Shown here: piece by piece, positions 20,327-30,843 of the stretch | How positions within the stretch are numbered: position 1 is the first letter of the stretch | Layout of the letters: each line of letters starts with the position of its first letter | NCBI GenBank assembly: GCA_963674965.2 | Contig: CAXXFL010000007.1 | Location: 640,001-704,000, forward strand | Length of the DNA: 64,000 bases | From: a bacterium | Lineage (GTDB): Bacteria; RBG-13-61-14; DATKZS01 | Direction of reading: 5' to 3' | Translations under genes and position numbers: made by a program | Notes under the pieces: model-generated | The model's database searches: none | What the model was told of the DNA's origin: nothing | The model's input: the letters and a program-made list of their open reading frames with translations, nothing else

Positions 20327-20712
20327 TGAGTCACGCTCCTGTCCTTGAGCAAAGAGTCGACCTGATACCAGAACTGCTTGGGTGAAAAGGGCTTGCCGAT
20401 CAAGATGTCGGCCCCCGCCGCGATCGACCTTTCGGCCTCCCGCCTCTTGTCCGAGGCGGTGATCATCACGATTACCATGTTGCTGTAGCGCGAGTCGTTG
20501 CGAAGGAGCTTGCAAAGACCCACGCCGTCCACCTCTCCCGGCAGCACCACGTCTATCACCGCCAGGTTGGGACTGTCCCGCTCGACCGCCCGGTAGCCGG
20601 AAACGGCGTCCGTCGCCTCCGCGGTCGAGATGCCCTTGGCGTCCAGAGTACGGGCCACGATGTCTCGGATAAGGGCGTTATCGTCGACCACCACCGCCTT
20701 GATGGCGCTCAT
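20323..20712 (-). CDS. Single-domain response regulator
   Basis: VVDDN, IDVVLP, ITA, KPF. Confidence 0.9.
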   Translation of the reverse strand: MSAIKAVVVDDNALIRDIVARTLDAKGISTAEATDAVSGYRAVERDSPNLAVIDVVLPGEVDGVGLCKLLRNDSRYSNMVIVMITASDKRREAERSIAAGADILIGKPFSPKQFWYQVDSLLKDRSVTQ

Positions 20713-22241
20713 TTCATTGCCCTCCTTTCAGGAAGGGTGAAGGAAAAGACCGACCCGAGACCCCTGCCAGGACTCTCGAACCACATCCTGCCCCCGTGAC
20801 CTTCCTCGATGATCTGCTTGGCGATGGGCATACCGAGGCCCGCGCCTTTGCTGTGATTGCTTACGTCGCCCACTTGCTCGAACTTGTTGAATACCCGGGC
20901 CGCGTCCGCCGGGTCTATGCCCTCGCCCTCGTCGGCCACCGAAACCATTAAGCCGTCTTCAACCGGGACGGTCGAGACGGTGACCTTTTTGCCCGCATCG
21001 GTGAACTTGATCGCGTTGTGGATCACGTTGGCGATAACCTGCTGAATCCTGTCCGGGTCGAACTCGGCCTTGCCCAGGACCTGGGAAAGGGAAAGGTCCA
21101 GGATGACGTTCTTCTTCTCCGCGTCGGCGCGAAGACCGTCAGCCGCCGCCATGGCCACCCGGTTGATCGAGTCCGTCACGTACTGGTAGCTCATACGGCC
21201 GGCCTCCATCCTCGAGAGGTCCAGGATGTCGTTGACAAGCCGCGTGAGCCGCTGGCTCTCGTGGTAGATGATCTTGATGAACTTGCTCTTCTCCTCGGCC
21301 TCCATGTCCCACTCGCTCAGGAACTCGGCGTAGCCAAGGATGTTGGCCAGAGGCGCCCGAAGCTCGTGGCCCACCAGGCTTAAAAAGTCGTCCTTCATCC
21401 GGTCCAGCCGCCGAAGTTCATCGTAGGCCCGGGCCAACTCGTCGTTTCGTTTCTCCAGGTCCTTTAAAAGAGCGTTCTCCCGCTCGTCCCTCCCCACCAG
21501 GACCATGCCCATCAGGTCGCCGCCCTGTCCCCTGATTACCGACCCGGACATGGTCACGGGGACCTCCGTTCCCTTTTTGCCGATCCACGAGGTGGAAGCC
21601 CCGGCCAGCGCGCCCGAGCGAATGCTCTTGATGAACTTGATCATGGCCCTGGAGTAGCGCTCCGGGTCCTTCTCCAGGATCGCCGCCGCCGGCTTTCCCA
21701 CCAGCTCGTAGCGGCCGTAGCCGAGCATCTTCCTGCACGGCTCGTTGACGTAGGCTATGCGGGCCTCATTGCTCAGGATGACCACGGGATCGAGAAGGCT
21801 GTCCACGAAGCGGTGGATGATCTCGTGAAGCGACTCGATCTCTTCCCGGCTCGCTCGGGTTTCCTCCGCTCCGGCGGCGTCTTTCCAGGTCAAGGTGACT
21901 CCATTTACCCGTCCGTCCGCGTACCTGGGCTCTCCCAGGACCTCGACTTTCTTAACGCGCCCGTCCGAGGCGACGAGCCGGACCGAGCGCCGCTCGAGAA
22001 ACTTCCCGCATTGACACGCCTGATCGAGGTCGCCGATAAACGACTGGCGATCGTCCGGGTGGATAAAGCGGCCAAGGCGTATGTCGCCTTGCGCTCCGTC
22101 CATGCTGATAAGACTCCTGAACGCTCCCGTGGCCTCAACCACGAGCCCCGAGGAGTCCGTCGCGCAACGGCATATACTGGAGAGTTGGTTTCCCTTCTCC
22201 AAAAACTTATCTTCTCTTTCCGTTTTTCCACCTAGGGACAT
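20709..22241 (-). CDS. Cytoplasmic PAS-PAS sensor histidine kinase
   Basis: HELRAPL H-box, NAIKFT, DEGEGI, GAGLGM; two PAS-like regions; no TM. Confidence 0.92.
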   Translation of the reverse strand: MSLGGKTEREDKFLEKGNQLSSICRCATDSSGLVVEATGAFRSLISMDGAQGDIRLGRFIHPDDRQSFIGDLDQACQCGKFLERRSVRLVASDGRVKKVEVLGEPRYADGRVNGVTLTWKDAAGAEETRASREEIESLHEIIHRFVDSLLDPVVILSNEARIAYVNEPCRKMLGYGRYELVGKPAAAILEKDPERYSRAMIKFIKSIRSGALAGASTSWIGKKGTEVPVTMSGSVIRGQGGDLMGMVLVGRDERENALLKDLEKRNDELARAYDELRRLDRMKDDFLSLVGHELRAPLANILGYAEFLSEWDMEAEEKSKFIKIIYHESQRLTRLVNDILDLSRMEAGRMSYQYVTDSINRVAMAAADGLRADAEKKNVILDLSLSQVLGKAEFDPDRIQQVIANVIHNAIKFTDAGKKVTVSTVPVEDGLMVSVADEGEGIDPADAARVFNKFEQVGDVSNHSKGAGLGMPIAKQIIEEGHGGRMWFESPGRGLGSVFSFTLPERRAMK

Positions 22242-22522
22242 GATCGGTCTCTAGCGTCCGCAAACGCCCTGCAACATGGTTATTCTTACTGATAAAAAGC
22301 CTTTCGTCAAGTTAAATTTTATTATTTTGAACGACGGTTAAAATCGGGGGCGGACGGGACCCGCGCCTTGCTCCAATTTCTGAATAGTCGGCTGGGAATG
22401 AATGGTAGCGAGAAATGAAGGAGCGAATGCTCAACCGCCACGTCAGACGGGATAATTCGTTGGGAACGATGGACGTTCTCTTGATAATTTGTTTCTTTAT
22501 CTCGCGCTTCCAAACGGTCGGC

Positions 22523-22900
22523 TTACTCCAGGTGCATGCTCAGGTTTCCTATGATGTATTGCAGTTGTCCTACGCTGTCCTTGACTTCCTGGGTGGCGTC
22601 GAGGTTCTTGGAGGCGTCGTCGCTGACCTTCTTAAGCATTCTGGCGGTGTTCTCGCTGAGCGATACCTGCCGGGTGGTCATCGAGTCGATCTCGACGAGC
22701 TTGGGCAGCATGGCCGAGTTGAACCCGAGGATTTTCTCGAATATCCGGGTGATTTCCTGTATGGTCGTTTCACCTTCCCGGACGGTTTTTCCTCCGGCCT
22801 TCCGCCATGGGGGAAAGCCGCGAGCCGCTTTTTCTTTATCTCGTCGCCGCTAAACTCGATTATTATCAGGGTGTCTCGCGTGACTCTGACGGCGAGCGCA
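22523..22900 (-). pseudogene. Probable remnant of a methyl-accepting chemotaxis protein C-terminus
   Basis: Reading across a frameshift near 22790 gives MAEG/GKTVREGETTIQEITRIFEKI..Q..SENTARMLKKVSDDASKNLDATQEVKDSVGQL, an MCP-like helix pattern. Confidence 0.4.
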
Positions 22901-23166
22901 ATCCTCTCTCGTGGGCCGAGAATTTCCGTTGAATTGGAAATCGCCATCGGATATAGTGGCCGATAAGGAAGAAGATATGACGGTCCCCGGGGTGGTCCGG
23001 CCGGTTTTGAAAAGACCGTCACGATAAAGCGAGGCTGGATAGGTACAAGGGTACATCGGTGGATGGAATAATAAAGGAGCTTTCGGCCAATGAATCAAAG
23101 CACCCATCCCGCAACGCGGGACCAGCGCGGTTTCAGAGAAACCGGACGGGCCATACGTTGAGGAGA

Positions 23167-24144
23167 ATGCAAATGGATTCGAGAAGATCGTTTATAAGGA
23201 AGGCTTCCTCCGGCGTCCTATTCTCCGGGGCGGTGGTGGCGCCGGTCCGCGGGGGAGCGAAGGAAGCGGGGCCAAGGGCCGTGATTTTGGATACGGATAT
23301 TGGAAACGATATCGACGACGTTTTATGCCTCGTCTATCTTCTCGCTAATCCGGGGTGCGACCTTATTGGCGTGACCACCTCTTACGGCCAGACCGCGCTT
23401 CGGGCCAGGCTCGTCTCGGCCATACTGCGGGCCGCAAGAAGAGATGACGTGCCCGTTCGCGCCGGGTCTTCCACGCGCCTTGACGGAGGAACGGAAAAGA
23501 GGGGCGTCCTTTACGACGAGCCCCTCGGGCGCTGGCCTCACCAGGAAAGCTTCGAGGAGGGCGCGGCGGCCGATTTCCTTTACCGGCGCCTTTGCGAGAG
23601 GCCGGGCGAGATAACGCTTATTTCGGTGGGACCCCTCACCAACGTGGCCCGACTTTTCCAGCGCTATCCCGATTCCGCGCGTATGCTCGGCCGCCTGGTC
23701 ATAATGAACGGCGCGTTCAAGGCCCCGGTTCCGGAATACAACGCCTCGGGCGACGCGCTGGCCACCGGGATCGTATACGACTCGACTCCCTTGACGGCGG
23801 TGGGCCTGGACGTGACCATCAAGACCCGCATGTCCTCGCGCGAGGTCCACGAGTGGTTCCTGGCCGGTCCGGATGACGGTCCCCTCCGGGCCGCGGCCGA
23901 TATGATCGCCGTCTGGCGCCGGGTCTCCCCCATTACCTTTTTCCACGACCCCCTGGCGGCGGCCGCGGCCCTCGACCCCTCCTTCTGCTCCTTCAAAAAG
24001 GTGAAGGTCGCCCCCACTAAAAACGGCGTCACCAAGGTGGATAAAAAGTCCGCCGTCAAGCCCCACGAAATAGCCACAGGGGTCGACAAAATAAGGTTCC
24101 TGAAACACTATCTCGACGTCGTGTCCGTCTTCAAGAATGGGTGA
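23167..24144 (+). CDS. Nucleoside hydrolase (IUNH family) with Tat-like signal
   Basis: SRRSFI; DTDIGNDIDD; GPLTN; EYN; HDP. Confidence 0.88.
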   Translation: MQMDSRRSFIRKASSGVLFSGAVVAPVRGGAKEAGPRAVILDTDIGNDIDDVLCLVYLLANPGCDLIGVTTSYGQTALRARLVSAILRAARRDDVPVRAGSSTRLDGGTEKRGVLYDEPLGRWPHQESFEEGAAADFLYRRLCERPGEITLISVGPLTNVARLFQRYPDSARMLGRLVIMNGAFKAPVPEYNASGDALATGIVYDSTPLTAVGLDVTIKTRMSSREVHEWFLAGPDDGPLRAAADMIAVWRRVSPITFFHDPLAAAAALDPSFCSFKKVKVAPTKNGVTKVDKKSAVKPHEIATGVDKIRFLKHYLDVVSVFKNG

Positions 24145-24238
24145 GGGAAGGCGGAGAAAGACGAGGAAATTTTTATTTTGGTCCAGGCACATCGCGAAAC
24201 GCGCAAGCAACGCGAGTTATCCGTCAAGGAGGCAAGTC

Positions 24239-24838
24239 ATGAAAAACAATAGATTAATCATCATATTAACAATGTTGTCCATTGCCATAATAGGCCCAAG
24301 GCCGTCAGGCGGTGCGTATGAACCTGAACTTTTCACGAAAGAAGAAATGATAGACTCTATCTACAAGTTTCAACGGTTAATGAACCAGGAGACTTGCCCA
24401 ACAATGGAGGATAATTACAGCCTCTTTCCCGCGGCTGATAATGGTGGTACTGAAAACGCATGCCGTGATTTCTTAAAAGATATTCCTGTAAAAGAAAGCT
24501 GTGGTCCGATTATATCTCCACAAGCATCATGCTTATTTGCCTATTTACGATCTAAAAATGGACCTTTATTTCGAAGTACGAATGGAGATAAAATTAGCAT
24601 TTACATTGAAGCTGATTTCAAAGAAGTAACTGAAAATAAAACAATCAATATTGATGCATTGATAAAAACCAACGATGGCGTAATTTTACCGGCAATATTC
24701 AGCATGACTGGGGCAAAATGCGCTTCATCTGACTTTGGGCATATTCAAATATTAAATATTAAGGGAAACACTCTAGATGATTACATTGAAGCTGATTTTA
24801 TAAAATACAAAAAGCAATACACTACAAATAAGCCGTAA
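24239..24838 (+). CDS. Low-GC exported hypothetical protein
   Basis: AGGAGG RBS, MKNNRLIIIL signal-like start, AT-rich. Confidence 0.65.
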   Translation: MKNNRLIIILTMLSIAIIGPRPSGGAYEPELFTKEEMIDSIYKFQRLMNQETCPTMEDNYSLFPAADNGGTENACRDFLKDIPVKESCGPIISPQASCLFAYLRSKNGPLFRSTNGDKISIYIEADFKEVTENKTINIDALIKTNDGVILPAIFSMTGAKCASSDFGHIQILNIKGNTLDDYIEADFIKYKKQYTTNKP

Positions 24839-24886
24839 ACGGGTACGATAGATACTACGTTATGCTACCTCGAAGGATGATGAAAT

Positions 24887-25378
24887 TTGATTGAGCAATT
24901 TAATCGAGCGGTCAGGGCATTAAATGGTATGGTATTTTCAGACGGAGGAGGGTCCGTTAATACTGGTTCCATGGTGACTTTGAATTTTGGAGAAAAGACT
25001 CCGGTCATATTTTGGCAAGGCCATCCTACAAGGGAATGTAACGGATACAAGTGGGATATTTGTCTATATCTCCAGTGTTGCGCGTGGAGATTATTTTCAG
25101 ATGAGGGAATAATTTGCAGTGATTATTCCGATATTGAGAAGATCAATGAAGGAATTAGAAGCGTCCGAAACTCGACGGTTATTTCGGTTAACGTTGACGA
25201 TAGGACCTTTGACTTGGATATAAGACTAAGCAATCACGCCACTTTGCAGGTTTTTTGCAATTCAGGCGACTTAGGCGGTGAATTTGATAATTACAGCTTA
25301 TTCTCGGGCGCGGATATTTTTACGGTAAAGCCGAATTGGATACTGGAACATAGCGTCAATCCACGGAGAATAAAGTGA
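24887..25378 (+). CDS. Low-GC hypothetical protein (possibly immunity-like)
   Basis: 163 aa ORF, TTG start with GAAGGA RBS; CAWR motif. Confidence 0.6.
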   Translation: MIEQFNRAVRALNGMVFSDGGGSVNTGSMVTLNFGEKTPVIFWQGHPTRECNGYKWDICLYLQCCAWRLFSDEGIICSDYSDIEKINEGIRSVRNSTVISVNVDDRTFDLDIRLSNHATLQVFCNSGDLGGEFDNYSLFSGADIFTVKPNWILEHSVNPRRIK

Positions 25379-25437
25379 TGGTATAAACGCGGCCCTTAAG
25401 GGTCCTGATTGTTATGCCATTACATTCACCGTAAGGC

Positions 25438-26946
25438 TCAATAATTCGTCAGGGTCTGCACTATCCCCAGGCCGCTGTAGCCGTTGGCCAGGTAAACCAG
25501 GCCGTCTTTTACCTGGACGCCCTGCGTGTAATCGCCCGTGTCCCAGACGCCGGCCAGGACCGGCCCGTAAGGGTTGGATACGTCGATGATCTGCAGACCG
25601 CCGTCGTTGCTGTCGCCCACGTAGGCGTGACTGCCGGAGAGCCACACTCCCATGGCGTTGCCGGGCGTATTGTATGCTCCATGCAAAGAGGGGGAGGAGG
25701 GATTGGCCACGTAAATAACCATGAGCCCGCCCGTGCCGTCGGCCACATAGGCGTAATTGCCGGACACGTAAACGGCATAGGCGCTGCCGGAGGTGTTGTA
25801 AGCCCCGGCATAGGAGGGTGAAGAGGGGGTGGACACGTTGAATATTATCAACCCGGATCCGGCGTCCGCCACGTAGGCGTAATTGCCCACGACCATGACG
25901 TCAAAGGAATTGCCGGACGTATTGTAGCCGGCCGCCAAGGTGGGCGCGGACGGCGTGGATACGTCGATGATTTTCAAGCCGTCGAAGAAGTCCGCCACGT
26001 AGGCGTAGGACCCCTCGACGAAAACGCCATAGGCCCTGCCGGCGGTGTCATAGGTCCCGACCAAAACGGGAGAGGAAGGATTGGACACGTCGATGATCTG
26101 GAGCCCATCCAAATAATCGGCCACGTAGGCGTAATTTCCGGAAACGTGCACGTCCCAGGCATAACCCGGCGTATTATATGTCCCTGCCAGCGTCGGCATG
26201 GAAGGGCTGGAGACGTCGACGATTATCAGGCCATAATCATAGTTGGCCAGATAGGCGTAGTCTCCGACCACGTGCAATCCATAGGCGTGGCCGCCGGTCA
26301 GGGAAGCCACGGGAGAGCATTCCCCGTTCATACAGTCGTTGTCCAGAAAATCTCCGCACACCTCGATCGCTCCGGGATAACAAGACGGGCAATCGTCGTT
26401 GCAGTCGTCATTGGGCGTATTGGAGCTGCTGGGCTTGTAATGGCCGTCGCCGTCCACGTCCAGTTCCCTTAAGGCGGCGGCGTCAACGCCAAGCGAGACG
26501 TCCGAAGTGGCGCAGTGCTCCGCCCTAACGGCGTATGGCGCGGTAGATATCCGGGAGCGGGGGATCATCTCAGGGTCGGCGTCAACCTGCACGCCCAGCC
26601 ATACCTCGGCGTGGTTCAGGAAAACCGCGGACAGGCCGCTCTCTATGCCCGCCGTAACCGTACCGGAGCCGATGAGTACATGGTAAAGTCCTCCGGCGAC
26701 CACGACGTCCTCCTGGAGTACCGTAAGATAGAGGGCCGTGTCGCCGGACTCTACCCCATAAAATTTGAACGTAATGTCAACCGTTGTCCCGTCCGCCAGG
26801 GGAGCGCCGTCGCCGTCCATAAGTCGGCCCTGATAATTTATCAACTCGGGAACCGATTGAGCCTCCCCCGTGATTGAAAAGGTAACCATGATAATGAATA
26901 GTACGGCCGCCACCCCTGTGTTGATCTTCATGACTTCTTTCTCCAT
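25438..26946 (-). CDS. Exported LVIVD-repeat beta-propeller protein with N-terminal NYQGRL module and Cys-rich DxDGDG..CND..YPGA.E.C.D.LDNDC motif
   Basis: About 7 repeats of G.A..V.V.GNYAYVAD..GL.IIDVS.PS.P. Confidence 0.88.
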   Translation of the reverse strand: MEKEVMKINTGVAAVLFIIMVTFSITGEAQSVPELINYQGRLMDGDGAPLADGTTVDITFKFYGVESGDTALYLTVLQEDVVVAGGLYHVLIGSGTVTAGIESGLSAVFLNHAEVWLGVQVDADPEMIPRSRISTAPYAVRAEHCATSDVSLGVDAAALRELDVDGDGHYKPSSSNTPNDDCNDDCPSCYPGAIEVCGDFLDNDCMNGECSPVASLTGGHAYGLHVVGDYAYLANYDYGLIIVDVSSPSMPTLAGTYNTPGYAWDVHVSGNYAYVADYLDGLQIIDVSNPSSPVLVGTYDTAGRAYGVFVEGSYAYVADFFDGLKIIDVSTPSAPTLAAGYNTSGNSFDVMVVGNYAYVADAGSGLIIFNVSTPSSPSYAGAYNTSGSAYAVYVSGNYAYVADGTGGLMVIYVANPSSPSLHGAYNTPGNAMGVWLSGSHAYVGDSNDGGLQIIDVSNPYGPVLAGVWDTGDYTQGVQVKDGLVYLANGYSGLGIVQTLTNY

Positions 26947-27581
26947 TAAGGTTTAGACTGTTGTTATTAGGAACCACCCGTGGCTTGAACTTTATGCTAA
27001 CAGTTCTTCCATTGCAAAGTCAAGATTGTGCATTGATGAAATTGATAAAGGCCTGAAAATATTACTATCTGGAAATGGGCCAGTATAAAAACGGGCGAAG
27101 TACTGCCGCTTCCGGCATGACCGGGCACTGGGGCGCCAAGCCCAGGCAATGGCGATGGCATTTTTATAAAATACATGCCGCCAGCCGCTTTCATAGATGG
27201 GTTGCTTGCTCATTTTTCATATTTCAAGAATCGCCTGGATCAATTGGAAGGAACGGGACTAACTGAATGGAAAAAATGTCCATCGCGTTTTTGCCTTCAA
27301 TAGTGCGTGGGCGGCGAGGCAGCCGGATGATCGCCTCTGGCCTCAATTTAATTAGCGGTCATCTTTCAAGTGGAGAAGCAATATAATAATCCGCGCGGTC
27401 TTGAGCGGAGCCATGCTCAGCCGCGGCTGCGCCGGTTACCCGTTGGCCCGCGGGATAATTAAAGCCATGCCGGTTCGCTTTGCTCGCCAAAACGAGTGGG
27501 GTACCGGCAAATAACGCCGAAGGCCGCGCCATTGACAATGCACTTTTGAGTATTACCTTATTATAAAATGAGGAGGGAATA

Positions 27582-28232
27582 ATGAGTAAAGTCAGACTTG
27601 GCGTTCTATTTGGCGCCCTGGCCGTCGTTGTGGGAGGAAGCGCCCTGGCGTCCGAGGAAGTAAGCTACAAAGTAATTAAAAAATACAGGGACTTCGAGCT
27701 CAGAAAATACGATTCCTACCTCGTGGCCGAGACCGAGGTGAAAACGGACTTCGACTCCGCGGCCAACAAGGCATTCGGTCTGCTGGTTGGCTATATCGGG
27801 GGCGAGAACGTGAAAAAAGAGGAGATCTCCATGACCAGCCCGGTCAACCAGCAATCCTCCGGCAAGGAGGGCGAAAAGATCGCCATGACCAGTCCGGTCA
27901 CGCAAATACCGGGATCGGAAAGCGATGGCGAAAAATCCTACATAGTGAGTTTCGTCATGCCGGCCAAGTACAACATAAAGAACATACCCGACCCCGTGGA
28001 CCCCCGGGTCAAAATCAGGGAGGTCCCCTCCAAGCTCATGGCGGCCAGGACCTACTCGGGAACGTGGTCCAGGACCAACTATCTTGAAAACGAAAAAGCC
28101 CTGCTTGACGCCCTGGAAGAGGCGGGCCTGAAAACCGTTGGTCTCCCAATATACGCCCGCTACGACCCGCCCTGGACCCTCTGGTTCAACAGGCGCAACG
28201 AGGTGATCATCGAGGTCGAGGCCCCCAAATAA
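27582..28232 (+). CDS. SOUL family heme-binding protein
   Basis: FELRKY, AF..L.GYIGGEN, IAMTSPV, ARYDPPWT..RRNEV. Confidence 0.9.
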   Translation: MSKVRLGVLFGALAVVVGGSALASEEVSYKVIKKYRDFELRKYDSYLVAETEVKTDFDSAANKAFGLLVGYIGGENVKKEEISMTSPVNQQSSGKEGEKIAMTSPVTQIPGSESDGEKSYIVSFVMPAKYNIKNIPDPVDPRVKIREVPSKLMAARTYSGTWSRTNYLENEKALLDALEEAGLKTVGLPIYARYDPPWTLWFNRRNEVIIEVEAPK

Positions 28233-28521
28233 CCGGGTGACTCTCGCGCCCCGGCGCGGCCAATCCCTCAATAATAATTCGGTGGGAGTCTTATCCGGAC
28301 ATGGGAGCCGGTTTTCCTCATGAAGGATGTCGCTAAAGGTTTTTTCCAAAACCGCCGGCTTCCCGCGTCGAGGTACGGATACAATTGATGAGTGGAGGGA
28401 GGCACGGAGCGGGGGCGCTTTTTCCCATGAGGCTCCATACTCAAGATTCATTGGAGTGCCACCTCAATTACTTTTCCGGCATTATCCAATCAAATAGAAT
28501 CCGGGCGAAAGTATTGGCAGG

Positions 28522-28715
28522 TGATGGCCCATGCATTTAATAAAAATGAATGGATGGCGTAGCCGCGGATTGAGTATATTATTCGAAGGCAGGCGCGTAA
28601 TAATTTTAAGCCCCTCCATTGGTCGAGACTTTTTCATTGCGATCAACGATGGAGGCGTTCAGCCCGCAGCTTCGCCGCCTATGCAGTATTGAGGACAATA
28701 TTGTATAGGCCACCC
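28522..28715. repeat. REPIN/MITE-like palindromic element, family A (full copy)
   Basis: Collinear with 54185-54383; inverted GGCGTAGCCGCGG/CCGCAGCTTCGCC arms. Confidence 0.75.
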
Positions 28716-28723
28716 CGCGATTG

Positions 28724-28966
28724 TCAAGCTAAAAGCCCGGCCACGGAGACGTCCTCGTCAATCTCCTCCCAGTGAATCCCGACGCCCTTTCCGATGAGTC
28801 TCCATGATTCCCGTTGTTGGGGCGTGGCGTCACGAAGGCGGGGGAACCATTCGAGAGGGGCGGAAATCTCGCGGCCGTCCGAGAGGAAAAGCCGGATGGA
28901 ATACTCCGTGAACTCGACCCTTAAGGCGAGAGGCTCTTTGCATATTTTATTCGTCGAAGTACTCAT
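28724..28966 (-). CDS. DUF2442 family protein (putative TA component)
   Basis: LSDGREISAPLEWFPRL..AT..QR..W..IG.G.GIHWEEIDEDVSV. Confidence 0.88.
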   Translation of the reverse strand: MSTSTNKICKEPLALRVEFTEYSIRLFLSDGREISAPLEWFPRLRDATPQQRESWRLIGKGVGIHWEEIDEDVSVAGLLA

Positions 28967-29186
28967 GCCATTTTTCAAGGATAAAATCCTCGCGTTCCTC
29001 CACCAGCTTTCTTATGTCATTTATTTCATGCGGTCCGAATCCAATGGATTTATTTAAAAATACCGGACTAAGCCAAAACTTGGCATAACAATCTCCCGAC
29101 TCGACGTGTACATGAGGAGGCTCAATTCCCTCATTGCTGAAGAAAAAGAATCGATACCCTCTAATTCTTTAAACCGTCGGGGACAT
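28947..29186 (-). pseudogene. DUF4160 family gene with in-frame stop at codon 6
   Basis: MSPTV*RIRGYRFFFFSNEGIEPPHVHVESGDCYAKFWL...WHEYFDE; TAA at 29169-29171; absent from the ORF track. Confidence 0.85.
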
Positions 29187-29447
29187 CTTTGTATTGATTA
29201 TGGTCGCGCGGGATAAGATTGTCAAGGCCTTTCGCTTGGAAAGCGGGACGCTGGGCGACCGAATCAATAGGGTTCTCGATATTCTGACTGCGTCCATTAT
29301 TTTCCATTAACTTGGAAATTCCAGTACACCGTCTGGACGTTCGCGAACGCTCCTCGAATATATCCATCCGCGTGTATCCAGTCAAATGTGATTCCAAAAA
29401 AATGGGGCGTTTTAGATCGTGAGTCTTTCCCGCGGCGCGGCCTCTTT

Positions 29448-29480
29448 AAAAAAAGAGAGCGGCCGTTTGGGCCGCTCTCC
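29448..29480 (-). terminator. Rho-independent terminator after the LysM gene
   Basis: GAGAGCGGCC/GGCCGCTCTC stem with an A-run on the + strand. Confidence 0.75.
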
Positions 29481-29501
29481 GGTAAGCGATGATATAAGGG
29501 G

Positions 29502-30818
29502 TCACTTTTTGGAGGGGTAGGTCATCTTCTGCCATTTCTTGTCTTTTTTGTACTCCTCGATGGGCCTTTCGCAGTATGGGTAGTCCATACCCTGCTCGTA
29601 TTCCTCGGCGGTGATGAGCCGGCAGGTGGGATCGTTCTTGCACCTGTTGATATCGACGGTGTGGCTGACTCCCTCGATTTCCCAAGAGCCGTACCTGCTG
29701 GTGAAGACCCTGTCGCCGATGGCCATTTCCCTCAGCGCGTCGGTCACCAGGCAGGTACTGGTCTTGGTCTTGGGCTCGAGCACGACGATGGTCCCGAGGA
29801 TTTTCTCGGGTATCCTTATCTTGCTCTCGGTGATCTCGTCGATGATGATCTCGCAAGGCTCGTAGACCACGAAGGAATTTCCGCGCATGACGCCGTCCTC
29901 CGCCCCCACGTCGATGTAGACCACGTCGTTCTCGCCGATAATCTTGGTTCCGGTTTTGTCGGCCACTATATAGGCGTGAAGCTGTTCGAGCTCGGCCCCC
30001 ACCAGCTCGACGTCCCTGCCCAGGGGCTGGTAATAGGGCGTGATATAATCGCCCGTCCGGGCCTCCTGGTAGGAATTCTCGATGATTCCCTCCGACACGT
30101 CGATCTCGGGCTTGGTGATGACCATCTCGCCCAGGTTCTCGAACTGGTAGCCGATAAGCTCGCCGGTCACGGGATGGGTGACCTTGATGAAGTCTCCCGT
30201 TGACAGGTCCTCCTTGATGCGGAAGAGGCTGTAGCGGTCCCCTGGCTCGACCCGGTCAACCTTGCCCACGTCCACGTATATTATGTCGTTCTCGCCGAGC
30301 AGGGCCTTCCTGTCCCGGTTGTCCACGATCTTGCCGGCCTTCTCCAGTTCCTCGAGTCCGATAAAGCCGGTGCTGGAGTGGGTGGGATAAATGATTTTAG
30401 GCCGTCGGCCGTAAGCCCCGACGCTGGAGCTGTCCGCCCCCATGTCATAGGCCGGCCTCTCGATGAGTCCCTCCGGATAGATATAGAGAATGTCGCCCGG
30501 GAAGATAAGGTGAGGATTTATGATAAAGGAATTCCTCTCCCATATCTTGGGCCAGTAATAGTTGCTGTTAAGATAGCGGCCCGCTATGTCCCACATGGTG
30601 TCGCCCGTCTGGACCACGTAGGCCAGGCGCTTTACCTGTCCCTCCTGTATCCAGATCAGCCCCATGGTTTCAAGGTCCGCGGTCGGGTCCTTGATCGTTA
30701 CCTCTCCGTCCGTCGCCAGGTCCGGCGCCGTGTCCTGGGCGCCGCCGCCGCCGGCAAAACCGATAAGCGCCATCATTATCAATCCGATGAGCGCCTTTTT
30801 TCCGCTTCCCCTTTTCAT
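29502..30818 (-). CDS. Exported LysM peptidoglycan-binding protein
   Basis: YVVQTGDTMWDIA..YL....WPKIW..N..I.NPHLIFPGD; signal peptide; GGAGG RBS. Confidence 0.88.
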   Translation of the reverse strand: MKRGSGKKALIGLIMMALIGFAGGGGAQDTAPDLATDGEVTIKDPTADLETMGLIWIQEGQVKRLAYVVQTGDTMWDIAGRYLNSNYYWPKIWERNSFIINPHLIFPGDILYIYPEGLIERPAYDMGADSSSVGAYGRRPKIIYPTHSSTGFIGLEELEKAGKIVDNRDRKALLGENDIIYVDVGKVDRVEPGDRYSLFRIKEDLSTGDFIKVTHPVTGELIGYQFENLGEMVITKPEIDVSEGIIENSYQEARTGDYITPYYQPLGRDVELVGAELEQLHAYIVADKTGTKIIGENDVVYIDVGAEDGVMRGNSFVVYEPCEIIIDEITESKIRIPEKILGTIVVLEPKTKTSTCLVTDALREMAIGDRVFTSRYGSWEIEGVSHTVDINRCKNDPTCRLITAEEYEQGMDYPYCERPIEEYKKDKKWQKMTYPSKK

Positions 30819-30843
30819 CTTGGACCCTCCTTCGCTTTTCAAC

